DNA of 63,502 nucleotides, the filler included, from Sphacelaria rigidula (lineage: Eukaryota): NCBI GenBank assembly GCA_964200075.2. It is 8 parts of 8 records of this genome, joined end to end, with 100 filler letters (N's around TTAATTAATTAA, not from the genome) between each part and the next. Parts side by side here need not be neighbours in the genome. Positions count along the whole stretch, not along the records: positions 47,703 to 55,552 come from CAXNAA020013237.1; positions 55,653 to 63,502 come from CAXNAA020013238.1; 6 more parts are not named here. One strand, written 5' to 3'. Below the pieces are notes generated by a model. It was not told the DNA's origin. It did not search any database and worked only from the letters and a program-made list of their open reading frames with translations. Below, in pieces: positions 49,539-61,143 of this stretch (position 1 is its first letter; every line of letters starts with the position of its first letter). The translations under genes were made by a program, and so were the position numbers.

Positions 49539-52500
49539 CAACAAACAACAACAACAACAACAACAAACAACAACAAACAACAACAACAAACAACAGGAAC
49601 GAACAACAACAGCAGAAACAACCAAATAACGACAAACATAAGCACAAACACAAGCACGAACAAATACAAAAAAAAATGATGATCGCGCATTACGTAGCTG
49701 ATTGCAACACTCCAGCTCGTGAGCAGAAACATAAAGGAGAAACATGAGGGAGAAACATAAACGAAAAATCCAAGAAAGAAAAACCAAAATAATACTAGAA
49801 CGTGAGAAAAAACAAGGAATACAATAGACAAGAAGACAGAGCCGGGCTCGTTCCCGCGGCGGGGGGAGGGGGGGGAAGCACAGACGAAAAAAAATAAAAA
49901 GGGAACCACCAGGAACAAAATATGAACAAAGCAGAGATGGGGACCAAATACAATGCCCTGCGTATCTGGCATAGGCTTGGGTGAGTTGCTGTTGGTACTG
50001 TCGGTCCCAGGTGCTGCCGGTGCATCTTGGCTGGCAGCTCTCGCGTGCCGTATCGCAGCCGCTGCGTCATCCTTTTGGTACCAGTCCGTCATAAACATTT
50101 CTGCTCCCTGTTCAACACAGCTGTGCCACTGTACTGCATTCAAGGCTCTGGTAGTCCACCCCTGCCATTCGATACCGAACGCCTTCATGTCTTTCGCTAG
50201 GCAGCGGATCCAGTCCTTGTGCCTGCCGTTAAACCCTCTTTCTTGCCCCCTCACGGCTATAATTTCACCGAACATGACGTGTTTCGGTACCCGTCCGGGT
50301 GATATGCGCGTGACGAAACCGGCAAAATGGAGTCTCCTCTTCCTCACCGTCATCTCGATGCTTTCGCACCCTGTCCTCGCGAGGGTCTCTCGGTATGACA
50401 GAACGTGGTCTGTGCGATCGCGCTTGTGCCATCCAAGACAGCGTCTGAGCAACGCATGGTGGGCCGTGCGCAGTGTACTGTAGTGACCGCTGAGAGTGGT
50501 CCATGTGACGCACCCGTACAGGAGTGCTTTGACAGCCTCGGCTTTGATCATGCGGACCTTGAGGTGGACGGCCGCGTTCGGTCGATTGTATAGTTGGACT
50601 TTGTACTTGTGGTAGCTCGACCATGCCCCTCGTACGCGCTTGTTGATTTCCACCGAGAGGTCGCCACTCTCCGTAATCGACCCCCCCAGGTAAACAAAGC
50701 TGTCTGTTCGTATACCTGACCAGCCGCATCGATGTCGAGGTGCCCCGCCTGTGAGTGCAGTCGCATGGTCTTCGTCTTTGCTTCCGACACGGTCAACCCG
50801 ACCTCTCCGCAGATCGCCAGAGTCACAGTCATCATCTTCTCGAGGCTCGATGGTGTCCGCGAGACGATGCAGGCGTCATCGGCGTACAGCATACTCCATA
50901 GGGACCGTTCCTCTTCCTCCGCTATTGCTGTGGCCACATCTGGCTCGACCCATGCTATAGCACATTCCTGGTGGAAATCTCCCTTTTCGCGCTTCCAGAC
51001 TCGCACCAGGTCCCCCGAGATGTCAGGGTCATCGCGGAAGACTGCCAGGGCCACCGTGAGAACTGCCGTAAAAAGATGTTGAACAGCAGTGGTGCTAGGA
51101 CGCATCCCTGTCGGAGGCCCTGGTCGATGTCGAACCATTCCGAGTATTCCTCGTCGTTCGTGCGCACCCGAGCTTGCATGCCAACGTGGAATTGGCGGAT
51201 GATCGAGAGCATGATGGTTGGGACGCCATAGCGTTCCAGGACTTTCCACAGCAGTGGGCGGTCGACAGAATCGTATGCTTTCGTGAGGTCGACGAAACAC
51301 ATGTAGAGCGGCATTTGTCGTCTCTGGCCAAGTTCCCGGAGTCGTCGGACGGTGAACATCATGTTGACGGTTGAGCGTCCGGGGCGGAAGCCGCACTGCT
51401 CTTCAGGCAGAATTCCATTGTCCTCGCAGTAGGTGCTCAGTCGGCGAGCGATTATCTTGAGGAGCACCTTGCCGGCGTGTAACACGAGTGAAATTCCCGT
51501 GTAGGTTCCGCATTCCGTCCGATCGCCTTTCTGGAGCATGATGATGGTGGCATCCTTCCATTCTTGTGGTACGGCTGCTCCGCCCCAGATGTCAACGATG
51601 ATAGCGTGGAATCTCTGCAGTCGGTTAGTGTCGTCACCGTCGAGGAGTATCTTCAGCAGTTCAGCCAGCACTTCATCTAGGCCAACGGCTTTTCTGTTGG
51701 ACATAGACCGTGTGGCATCCGCTCTCTCGATTGTAGGCATCTCGTCTAGCGATGTCTTCAGAAGTCGCGCCTGGAGTTGGTCAATGATTGCTGGGTTGAG
51801 GCGGGGCCACTTGGTGTTGAGGAGGGTGTGAACCACTGTACCCACCGCGGGCGGATGAGCTCAACGTCTCTGAGCAGTTGACCCTTGTCGTCGCGGATAT
51901 ATTGCTGCTGTGAGCTACATAGTTTTCTCCGTCCGACATCGATTCCCTTCAGGTGTCGGTAAAAACCGCGTTGGTCACCTCTCGCGATGTGCGCTTCAAG
52001 TCGGCTGACGTACGTCTCGAAGAATCTCTCCACCGCATGTGCTCTAACACGACGAAGTTCCTTGTCGGCCTTCTTCAAAACTCTCTCAAGGTTGGTGTCA
52101 GTGGGCGTTGACATCGATGCCCTCCGTGCTTCTTCCTTCGCCATCCATTCAGCGTGGATCTTTGCCTTGGTCTCGGCACTCGCGCACCAGCCGTGGGAGC
52201 CTCGTTGGTTTCTCTCGTGGGGGGCGGTGTCTACTGCGGCGGATATCAGTATCTTGGTGAGGCCTGCAGCCATGTCGGCGGCGGTAGAATCTATGGGCAA
52301 GGGATCGAGAGGGAAGGCCGTTTGCAACGTCATTGCTCTCAACGTCGGGTCAGCCATCAGCCTTTCAAGGTCGGCCGTTCTGCGTCTGGATGCATATTTC
52401 CGTAACTTGCGATTGGGCGCAAAGCGACCACGGAGCCGGACCTTTGCAGATACGAGGTTATGGCCAGACTCGCGTTTGCCGGGTGGTGGGCGGCGGACGG

Positions 52501-53960
52501 AAATGTTGCGTACGAGCCTTCCGTCCGTCTGTCTTGTGAGGATGTAGTCAAGACGATAGCGTCCCTTCCCGGCGTTGGGGCTTCGGAAAGTGTACGATAT
52601 GCCCCGCTTGGGTGTTCTGAAGAACGCATTTAGCACAGCGAGGCGTTTATCCTCTGCAAAGGCCAGTAGCCTGCCACCGTTATTGTTCAGTACATCCCGC
52701 CCGTATTCGCCAAGTACCTTGCTATCATTCTCTCCACTCTCCTCCCCTCATTTTCCAGTGCGGGCGTTGGCATCCATCATGACGAATAGATGTTCCTTGC
52801 TAGGTACTTATGGGACGGTATCGGATACGTCATCCCCAAACTTGTTTTTGTCGCGCAGCGGAGCGGTCTCCGTCGGGGCATACCCAACTACAAATGATAC
52901 TGCGTTGGATTTACCGTGTAGGTCAAGTTTCTTTCACCTTCATAAGTCGAGCACTGAGGTATTCGATTGTGGCACCTTTCCTCCCATCTCCTCCAGGATT
53001 GACTCCTTGATAGCGATCCCTACCCCATATTGTCCTGCTCTTCCCTTAGCCCCGCTTGTATCACCAGAACAAAATACCGTGAATCCCGCCGCACTGAACA
53101 CCGATTGACCATCTCTCCTGGTTTCTTGTAACCCTACGATATCGCATCCCAGATACTGACAAGGTTTCAGGACAATTTCACTGTGGCCAATGCCCTTCAC
53201 ACCTTTGAAAGCGAGCGTGCGAACATTGTAGGTGCCGACAGTAAGCTTGCCGATCCTGGCCCTCGCCCTCGCATTCTTTTTCCTCTTATCGGCAGCCCTC
53301 CGATCTGCTCGTCTCCTACGCCTCTTTCTCCTTGCGGCGTGTTTTTTCTTCTTCTCCGTCCCTTTACATACAAGTATATATTTCTGTTCCGAAATGGACA
53401 CTGCTCCGTGCGTGCTTGTTATCAGACATGATTTCGGAGGCAGCATTCCCGACATGCCTCGACCGGTTCCACCACCGCATCGTTTCTTGTGCTTACACAC
53501 CTGTAGATACCTAGCAACTCTACTCTCCTGCTACGTTTCCCACGCTTTCGGCGACCGTTACCTGGTGTCGCTGCCGCGGGCTGTGTAGCCGCGGCAAACT
53601 TTGCCGTTGGGAAAACCTTCGTCGGGAAAAATTCCGCCGCATAAGGATTTAGTGCCGTCATCATCGTCGAGCGTAAGCAGCAGTTAGGGTAGCAAGACGG
53701 TTGCTACGCTATTACTGTTGTTGCTGTTGTTACTACTGCTGTGGACGACGACGTCTTTGCTACACCTCAGGTGTGTGCGTGCAGGTTCGCAGTTCACACA
53801 CCCGCCCCAGGCCGGGCAGCCCGGGGAGGGAAGCGGCCATACGCGACATCGGACGTTGGGAGGTAAACACTGCAAAACCGAAGAGAGGAAAGTTTGGCTG
53901 CTGAGACTTCGAGTCGAAGCGCCAGATAGGTGCTTCCGGTGTGCATGTTTGCGGCGCTCC
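49316..53960 (-). mobile_element. Near full-length RTE-clade LINE (APE endonuclease + RT) inactivated by several frameshifts, with a (TCAA)n 3' tail
   Basis: Endonuclease motifs LTVGTYNVRTL, DIVGLQETRR, QYGVGIAI and YRLDYILTRQ...SGHNLV. RT motifs [45 protein letters not shown] and MLYADDACIVS. RTE C-terminus ALLYGCVTW...SIEMTVRKRRLHFAG...VPKHVMFGE. The coding region is split over ORFs 53664-53422, 53500-52940, 52636-51758, 51845-50955, 51396-50548 and 50653 onward. No TSD was found, so the 5' boundary is approximate. Confidence 0.93.
49496..49630. repeat. (CAC)n-(CAA)n compound microsatellite in the LINE 3' region
   Basis: Visible directly. Confidence 0.95.
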
Positions 53961-55171
53961 TGAGTACCAGGGTTTCCGGACCAGCACCCTAACTCTAACC
54001 CCAAGCTCAGCCCTAATCCTAAGGAAGATGCAAAACGTGACGGTTTGGGATTTTCAAAAGCTAGCCATGTGCGACCCTTTGTGGAAGGCGTCCTTATCCG
54101 TGCACCTCGTACTCACCATGGCTTGCTGAATGACGCGTTAAACTGACAGAGGTGAAGAAGGTGAAGTTTCGCTATGATGGGCCTGTACGTCCGCCCGAAT
54201 TGTGTTGCACGCCCGACGCCGTTTTCCCAGTCCCATGGCCTTGGTGTCAGACTCGAATGGGCAAACCGCTGTTCTGGTACGTCCTCTTCGTAGCATATTA
54301 GTTGTGAAAATTTAGGCTTACCGCTTCACCAATGAATGGCCTGGGTGCAGATATTTTAGTTTTCGCGACCACTGAAGCTGTGGTCAACGCCCTGGCTCTT
54401 ATCGTTCGTGTCGATGTACTTTTTCATCGTAAAGTTAGAAACGGGCTGCACAGTAGTGCCCACGTGTACAGTGGTAGTCCGGCGAACTTCGAGAGTTGTT
54501 GAGGATGGCTAATGTGAGCCAGTAGCTTAGTCCTCATTCTGTGCATGCTCCTGAGGAAATGTCGACTACGTAGTAAAGCTTCGCGATAGAGGGTTGAAGT
54601 CATTTTCTGGATACAGAGCAATTGGTTTTCACGGAACACAGTCCTCGACTCAGCAGCTGTGTAAGTTCTATCTGAAGTATATCAAGGTGACACCGTAGGT
54701 AAATTTCACGACGGCAGCGCCCGGCGGGTTGTGGGTTGGTACGGGCGGGCAAATGAATGTTGTGCTTGCAAACCGTCGGAGTGGTCCCTATAGTGTTACA
54801 TCGCCCATGAGCACGGGAACTTCGTTCGTCACGCGCTAATTGAATTTCTTGCTGTGCGAGCTGGGCCGGCCACCAGTGATTTTCAAACCAAGAGTGGAGA
54901 TGCGTTTGGCAAATCGAAGAGTTAGGCGCTGAAATTTTGACACAATATTTTCATCATCAATCCGCGCAACACTCCGAGTGGTGCAAAAAATAAACAAACG
55001 AGAAGTTAGAGCTAGTTGAAGTTTCAGCAAAAACAGGGAGAATGCTATAACTTCCTCAAAAATGTTTTGAACGATGACAACGCTCGGGTACATACGAGCA
55101 CTCGCGTCACCCACTTCCTTGTAAAGTTCCAGTCAAAAATACTTAAAATTGGCGTTCGCGTCGCGCTTTTT

Positions 55172-55262
55172 GTGTGACCCCGGTGGTCAAACTGATACAA
55201 CAGCTTCAAAACGCACAGGTCATGAGTTCGAATCCCGGCATGACCACTTCAGTTTTTTTTTC
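55172..55262 (+). other. Degenerate tRNA-like or SINE-head sequence
   Basis: A-box-like ggtggtcaaactg, B-box gagttcgaatccc, then a poly-T tract. No clean cloverleaf. Confidence 0.3.
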
Positions 55263-55788
55263 AACTGGCATGACCACATGCATGATGCCATGCCCATATC
55301 ATCAGTTGCGGTATCCGCGTCCTAAGATACAGCCATGCACGCGCTGCAGGAGCTGCACGGCGCTGTTGCTTCGACCAGTTCTCATGTCGTGCACGACCAA
55401 CAAACTCTTATCGCAGAGTGTGGCCATGTTTTTTGTAGGAGCATGAAGCGAGGCGGAGACAGGTGCGATTTCGCTCGGCAAACATGTCTTAACAACAAAT
55501 TGTGAGAATTGAGGTTTAACTTCGAGATGAGGCTCAAGCCTAAAACAGTGCTNNNNNNNNNNNNNNNNNNNNNNNNNNNNNNNNNNNNNNNNNNNNTTAA
55601 TTAATTAANNNNNNNNNNNNNNNNNNNNNNNNNNNNNNNNNNNNNNNNNNNNAAACCGTGGATGGGGACACGGTCATTATCATTTCTGCACTTTACGAGT
55701 CAATTTTTTTGTGGTAACCCCCCCCCCCCCCCCCTCTTCCCCCCCGCCCTCCTGCCTGCCCTCTTACCCCTTCGCTGTGAATCATTAG

Positions 55789-58700
55789 GTAGAAACCTCG
55801 AGCAATCTGGCGTCCATCACCTTAACGCCTACCAGCAACGACCGGAACAGAAAAACGTTCGAGATTTTATGTTCCACGAGGTCGTCGCTAGGTCCGTCAC
55901 TAGAGACGGTGCGGCGGCAGATTAAGACGGCGGCGAAGCTCTGCGGTGCGAGTGACGTGGATCTGAGAACCCCGTATCCCGGTTGGAAGCCTGACCTGGG
56001 GTCGAACGCCCTCCAGGTGTGTGCGTGCGCGCGCGCCCGGGGAGGGGGGGGGGGGGCTTTATGTATATGTGCGCGTCGGCGTATGTACAACTGTAGCGGC
56101 GGTTTTGTGGACGGGAAAATGGAAGCATTACGCATTCAACGAGTCATGATACAGGGTGATTGCCGTGTCGACCTGTCACATGAAAGAAATTGGGGCGAGT
56201 CTGACTCGAGTTCTGTGAGTCGCGTTTAGTAAAGAATGGGGACGAGTAGGACTGGAGTTCTACCAGGCACCCTGGAAAAGCGAGGACGGGTGGGGCCCGA
56301 TCGTCGACCCGTGTCCCCTGCCGTGGGGATGCGGGTGGTAGACCTTGTTCATGGATGGCTGTTGTTGTTCGTTTTCGCCTTCGTTAGCGCACACGACAGA
56401 AGCAAGAATAGTGTGTGTGTGTGTGTGTGTTTGCGGATGAAGCAAGGTTACAGGTGAGTACCAAACATCAAATGGCGACATGAGCACCATGCTCTGGACA
56501 TCCCCCCAGAGGTGTCACCCGCCAGGGGCTGGCTCTCTGTCGCTACTCTCACCTCTTCCGCGGGATGGTCTCGTGTGTTTGACGATTTGCGCGGGCGCCT
56601 CTTGCGCACGAGGTCATAGAAAAACAATCGATGAGAGCATGCGGTGATCTTGGCTTAGTATACAGGTGGCACAAACTGATATAACGATGTACACATCCAC
56701 ATATGAAGAAGTGGTGAGTCCTCGACAGACACTACGGAGGATTTCCCCCCTTTCACGCGTCGCGCCCCGATCGTCTACACTAAAAATGGTACACCGTAGG
56801 ACGGGTCAGGGCGAAGTAGGGTGTTCGATTGCCAGCGGATGCAAGTACATACATTTGTTCTTGGGAGTGCCAGTAGTATCTTATTTCCGCCCTTGAATTC
56901 GTGAGAACGTCGATGACAAAGAAACCTGGGGCACTTCCTACGGTAGTTCCCCCCCAAGAAGTGCCTGGTTTGGGCAGGCAAAATCTTCACGTAAATCGGA
57001 ACGGAAAAAGCCGAGCACAACGAGCAGCTGGGAATTCCCACGCTCGGGTTCGTTTTCGCCAATGTCGTCCATATGAGACGCTTCATGCAGTCTGAACGCA
57101 ATCATCAGGAGCTTTGTGACCATTTATTTCGTAGCACGTTTGGGTGGTTTTTTTTGGGGGGGGCTATCGTAAAAAATGTCCTGGACAAAATTCGACGCCG
57201 TGCCTGAGTGTTGATCATGATCCAATCTGCGGTACCAAAATGTCAGACATACACCGGTGGAGGAATACATCTCGACCCGTTGAGACCCAGGACTCGTTCC
57301 GATGAAGGGTAGAAATTAGAAGTGAGGACAAGAAGGACGGCGTATGGTGGTATCCATTTCATTTTCCCCGCCGGTTCACAAAGGTTTTTTGCCTGTTTGT
57401 CACGGTCCTGGTGAAACAGGACATTGTGATGTGCCCAAGCGCGCAGGGTTTTCAAGTCGAGCTAATCTAGTCGTTCCGCTGTTTCGATGCTACTCTGATG
57501 TACTGTGTTGCCATGGACGGTAACGTGCTCCAAGGTGGCTCGAGATGCACTCCGGGAATTGTTGGGTGGAAGAGAACCCGTGGTGACCGCTCTTCATGCC
57601 GGGTTGGAGTGTGGAGTCATCGGCGATAAAGCCCCTGGAATGGACATGGTGAGGTTTGCGGGTTCCTCCGATGTTACCCGTGCTGTGCGATATTGCTACC
57701 AGGCTGTACGGTGGTTCGACCTCCGTGTAGATTTGTTGTTGTACACGCGGCAACACGATAGTTGCTGTACGGTACGGAGCATTTTCGCGGAATTCCGCTG
57801 TGTTTACCGCAGACACGATACAACTGACTTAGTCCTTCGACAATATATTGTATTTCTTGAGTCTATTGGTGTCACTCTCTTGCGTATTTTCGCCAACGTA
57901 TTAGTTTTTCTTCTCCCACCATGTATCTTTTTCAAACTTTAGAAAAAATACGGAGGCACCCCTTGGCACTTTTTAATTTTTTAATTTTTGCCCTGGGTAC
58001 GCCTATCTCACCATCGCGACTGGGTTTCTCGGAGATCAGTTAATGTGGAACAGTCAACCCGTCAACCAATCAACGTACGGCGTCAGGGAACACGTTCTTA
58101 GCGGCAATGACCCAACCTTACGGGTCTTTGACCTCGAAATCATAGAGGCACACCCCTTCCTTGATTCACCCTTCCGCGAGTTATATCCCTTAGGGCACCC
58201 AGAATTTCCTGGAGGTGGTTTCCCCTGTGATTCGATGGCCGGTCAGCCTTCTTGGGTCCTTGTGCTACCAACCGTCCGAACATGGTGTCCTTCGAGAGGC
58301 GTGTTTCCTCCCGCCGAACGGAGAGCGCCCCCCCGCGAATCATGGTTGACCCATGCGAGTGGTCGTCTCGAAACGCTCGCATTTGGACATGTGGAGCACG
58401 ACTCTTTTTGAAGAGTGCCTGTGTCCACTGCGATCCTTTTTTTGTGTTCCTGATTTCCTCCATCTCAAGAGTCTTCTGTGGCGTATCTTGGATAAGTTTG
58501 TATTCTATTACGTCACTGCACTGTACGAGGCACGTTCCATGTTGATGGTGTTCTGAGTAATCGTTCCAAGGCGGTGATCCTGCTTTTCTCCCCTCTCTGC
58601 GTTGCTGTACAATACTGCTGCCTATGTTGTGGGCTGCACAACCACGAACCGGATGAGACTTCGTGATAGCAAGCAGGGATTCGCAGTTGCGGGTGTCGAG

Positions 58701-61143
58701 GGCGGTCAACTCGATGCGGAGGCATCAATCCCATTGGCACCTTGCTTGTGGCAGCCACAGCTACACAGCAGGAGTTCCCGCACACAAAGAGTATCTTTCA
58801 TCCACTTGATGCGGAATGGGGAGTCGGGCACGATGTCAAAACCGACGTACGGAGAAACGTAAATCGTCCTGGGTTGGTCTCAACGAACTCAGATTTCTCC
58901 CCGAGAAAGTGTGCTCGCGAAACCTCGACCTCTGGAGGAATAACGCAAAAGTGCTGAAATATCCCATTTTTTTACAGGTTGATTTCAGGTCCCGTCAGAA
59001 CGTCTCCAATCGTTGTTTTCACATGCAAGAAGGTCGCATTCGAGGTCTAACATCGGAAATTTCTGCGAGGGACGAGCAAGGCTGATGCACCACATGAAAG
59101 TCCAATCGGCTCTGTGGACAGAGCGACAACTTGTGATCCCTGGGCTCGATCGTAATTCTCGAAACACCAAGCCACCGCGCACAGGTGGTGTGGGCAAGGT
59201 GCAAGTGGACGTAGAGAAACCAGTATAATGGGGATTCCACTTCCTCTCCCTGTGCAGTACAACTGATTCTGAGCACAGCTGGTCTTGTACTGTGCTGTGA
59301 ATGTGACCCGAAGCGGTCCCGTAGACAAGTCAGTCTTTCTGCTATACTACGATATCTCCTTGCTGGGGGAGGGGGGGGGGGGGGAGGGCAACGGCAAAGT
59401 GCCTTACAAGGTAGCTTGTAGCTTGTTGTGGTAAAATGGCAATTTCAACACGAAACCACGAAATGGGTAGTTGAGCAATCCATCGAAACAGGAAGCACGA
59501 AGATTCGGGAAATTGCCGTGGATTAGTGGTGGCAAAGCCCCGACCCCTCCCCCCCCCAAAAGTGTTCTGGTGACCCCGATCCCCAGGAAAAGAGAAGGCA
59601 CACTCCGAGAGCCGGCGTACCCCATTTCGTGTGATGCGATTTTTGGTCGCAGAAGAAATGGTCTTATTGGGAGACCCGCTCGGAATCACGGAATATTACC
59701 CTTTCGGGGTGGTTCTGAAGTTGTGAGCGGTCGACCCAGAAACGTCACTTCCGCCAAATTTTGAGCACGAGGTGGAGAGTATCTTGTGAGGCAGTTCTGT
59801 CATGACAAAACAAGGCTGCCACGTACTCTTCCATTTTTTCACCACCATGTAGCTTTGCCGACCTTCCCTGCTCCGCCTTGTACGGGACGAAGAAACCCAC
59901 CTACAGAGATGAACGCAACACGCAAGGCGAGTCGACGACGCCATGCTACTGATTAGGGGGGCACTGTGTGTTTGGTTTGACGGAGAAATCGTTCGGCAAT
60001 GAGGAAGTAGCAGCAAACTGTGCGACGTTGTAAAAATGTTTAGGAACACGTCTGCGCCTGCTTGTCACCTTTTTCTTGTTCACGCAAGCACAAAAAAAGC
60101 CGTCACTTCATTACTTCTGCAGCACGCCCTGGTGCGCTGGGGGCCTTCCCTCCGGGCTGACGCGTATCTTACTTGTGGTCCCGCAGTTGTCTCTGTCAGC
60201 CTAAGCCATCTAAACAAACCATCGAGGGCGATAGCCCATGTCGATATTTCGTGACTTCGCGAATGCGTTTGAAATGCGGGCCTCGTTCGCGACGCAACAA
60301 AATAAATCATGAGCTACACAACTCAGAACGAGAACAAAACAAACACGATGCTGTTCCATGCTCATAGAGTGGTGCTTGCTTGTTGCAAGCTGTCGAAAAC
60401 TGGTAGCGTCGTGTGTCGCTGACTTCGTTTCCGCGAGAGGAGCCGGTCTGTCATAACCAGTAGAGTTCACCGACGTTGGGCTACAAATGTCCAGGGTTGA
60501 TAATTACTTGATTGGAGTCTTGACAACGAGAATCGGATCTTCAGTAGGGCTGACAGTCCCGTGTGCTCCTCGCGTGCGCAGAACGCGTTTTCGTTGAAAT
60601 CGGCGCCACAGGCGCCGATCTGTGGTCTACCAAGGCCGCACTTTGCCTAGGAAATGCAATGTACCACCCTTGCCCGAGGGTTCTCGGTATGCGTTGGGTC
60701 GGGATTAGGGTTTTCAGGGGTAGCGACGCTTGTAAAATTGTGTCAACCATGGACATTTGCAGCCCAACGCCGGCTAACTAGCCTCGTGATAACAGGCCGA
60801 TTCGCTAAGGTGTGACTGCCCTTGGTGGGCACATCACAGATACACAAAATAGAGGTGAGTCCTCGCGCTTGAAAACGCAGCCAGACACTAGCTGGGATTA
60901 TGGCCAATCCTGCAGTCGAGGTGCATAAAGATGTTTCGGTGTAGAAATGATCCCGCAGAAAGGATCCAGTAACACGCCACGCTCACCGTCTGTGTTTTTG
61001 TCGCCGTCGGTCGCTCGGTGCAGGTGAGCTTTGGACCGACAATCAATGGTGCACATTCTCCAGACGAAAAAGTGGAGATCCCCTCAGTGGAGAAGTTTTG
61101 GCGCCTGGTGTTGGCCACGCTGGAAGGCTTGACGAAGGAATGA
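55789..61143 (+). CDS. pepD: Aminoacyl-histidine (Xaa-His) dipeptidase, peptidase M20 PepD-like; last three exons
   Basis: Phase-0 GT-AG exons 55789-56016, 57535-57648 and 61024-61143 (stop). They give VETSSNLASI...ILCSTRSS...PYPGWKPDLGSNALQ|VARDALRELLGGREPVVTALHAGLECGVIGDKAPGMDM|VSFGPTINGAHSPDEKVEIPSVEKFWRLVLATLEGLTKE*. VETS.N, YPGW.P, HAGLECG and SFGPTI.G.HSPDE are PepD signatures. Confidence 0.92.
58080..58900 (-). mobile_element. 5'-truncated, degenerate RTE-type LINE fragment inside the last pepD intron
   Basis: GALSVRREETRLSKDTMFGRLVAQGPKKADRP resembles the RTE C-terminal RL.K.VMFG.L..G.R..GRP motif (compare VPKHVMFGE in the contig 7 element). Confidence 0.65.

Noticed and set aside
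49410-49990. Hydrophobic, poly-Cys/Trp/Val C-terminus of the 386-aa ORF (49493-50653) and overlapping ORFs
   Set aside because: Read-through into the T-rich LINE 3' UTR and the (TTG)/(TGG) microsatellite; not a membrane protein.
49953-53108. Long plus-strand ORFs opposite the LINE (e.g. 49953-50483, 51987-52547, 52575-53108)
   Set aside because: Antisense shadows of the GC-rich RTE coding strand.
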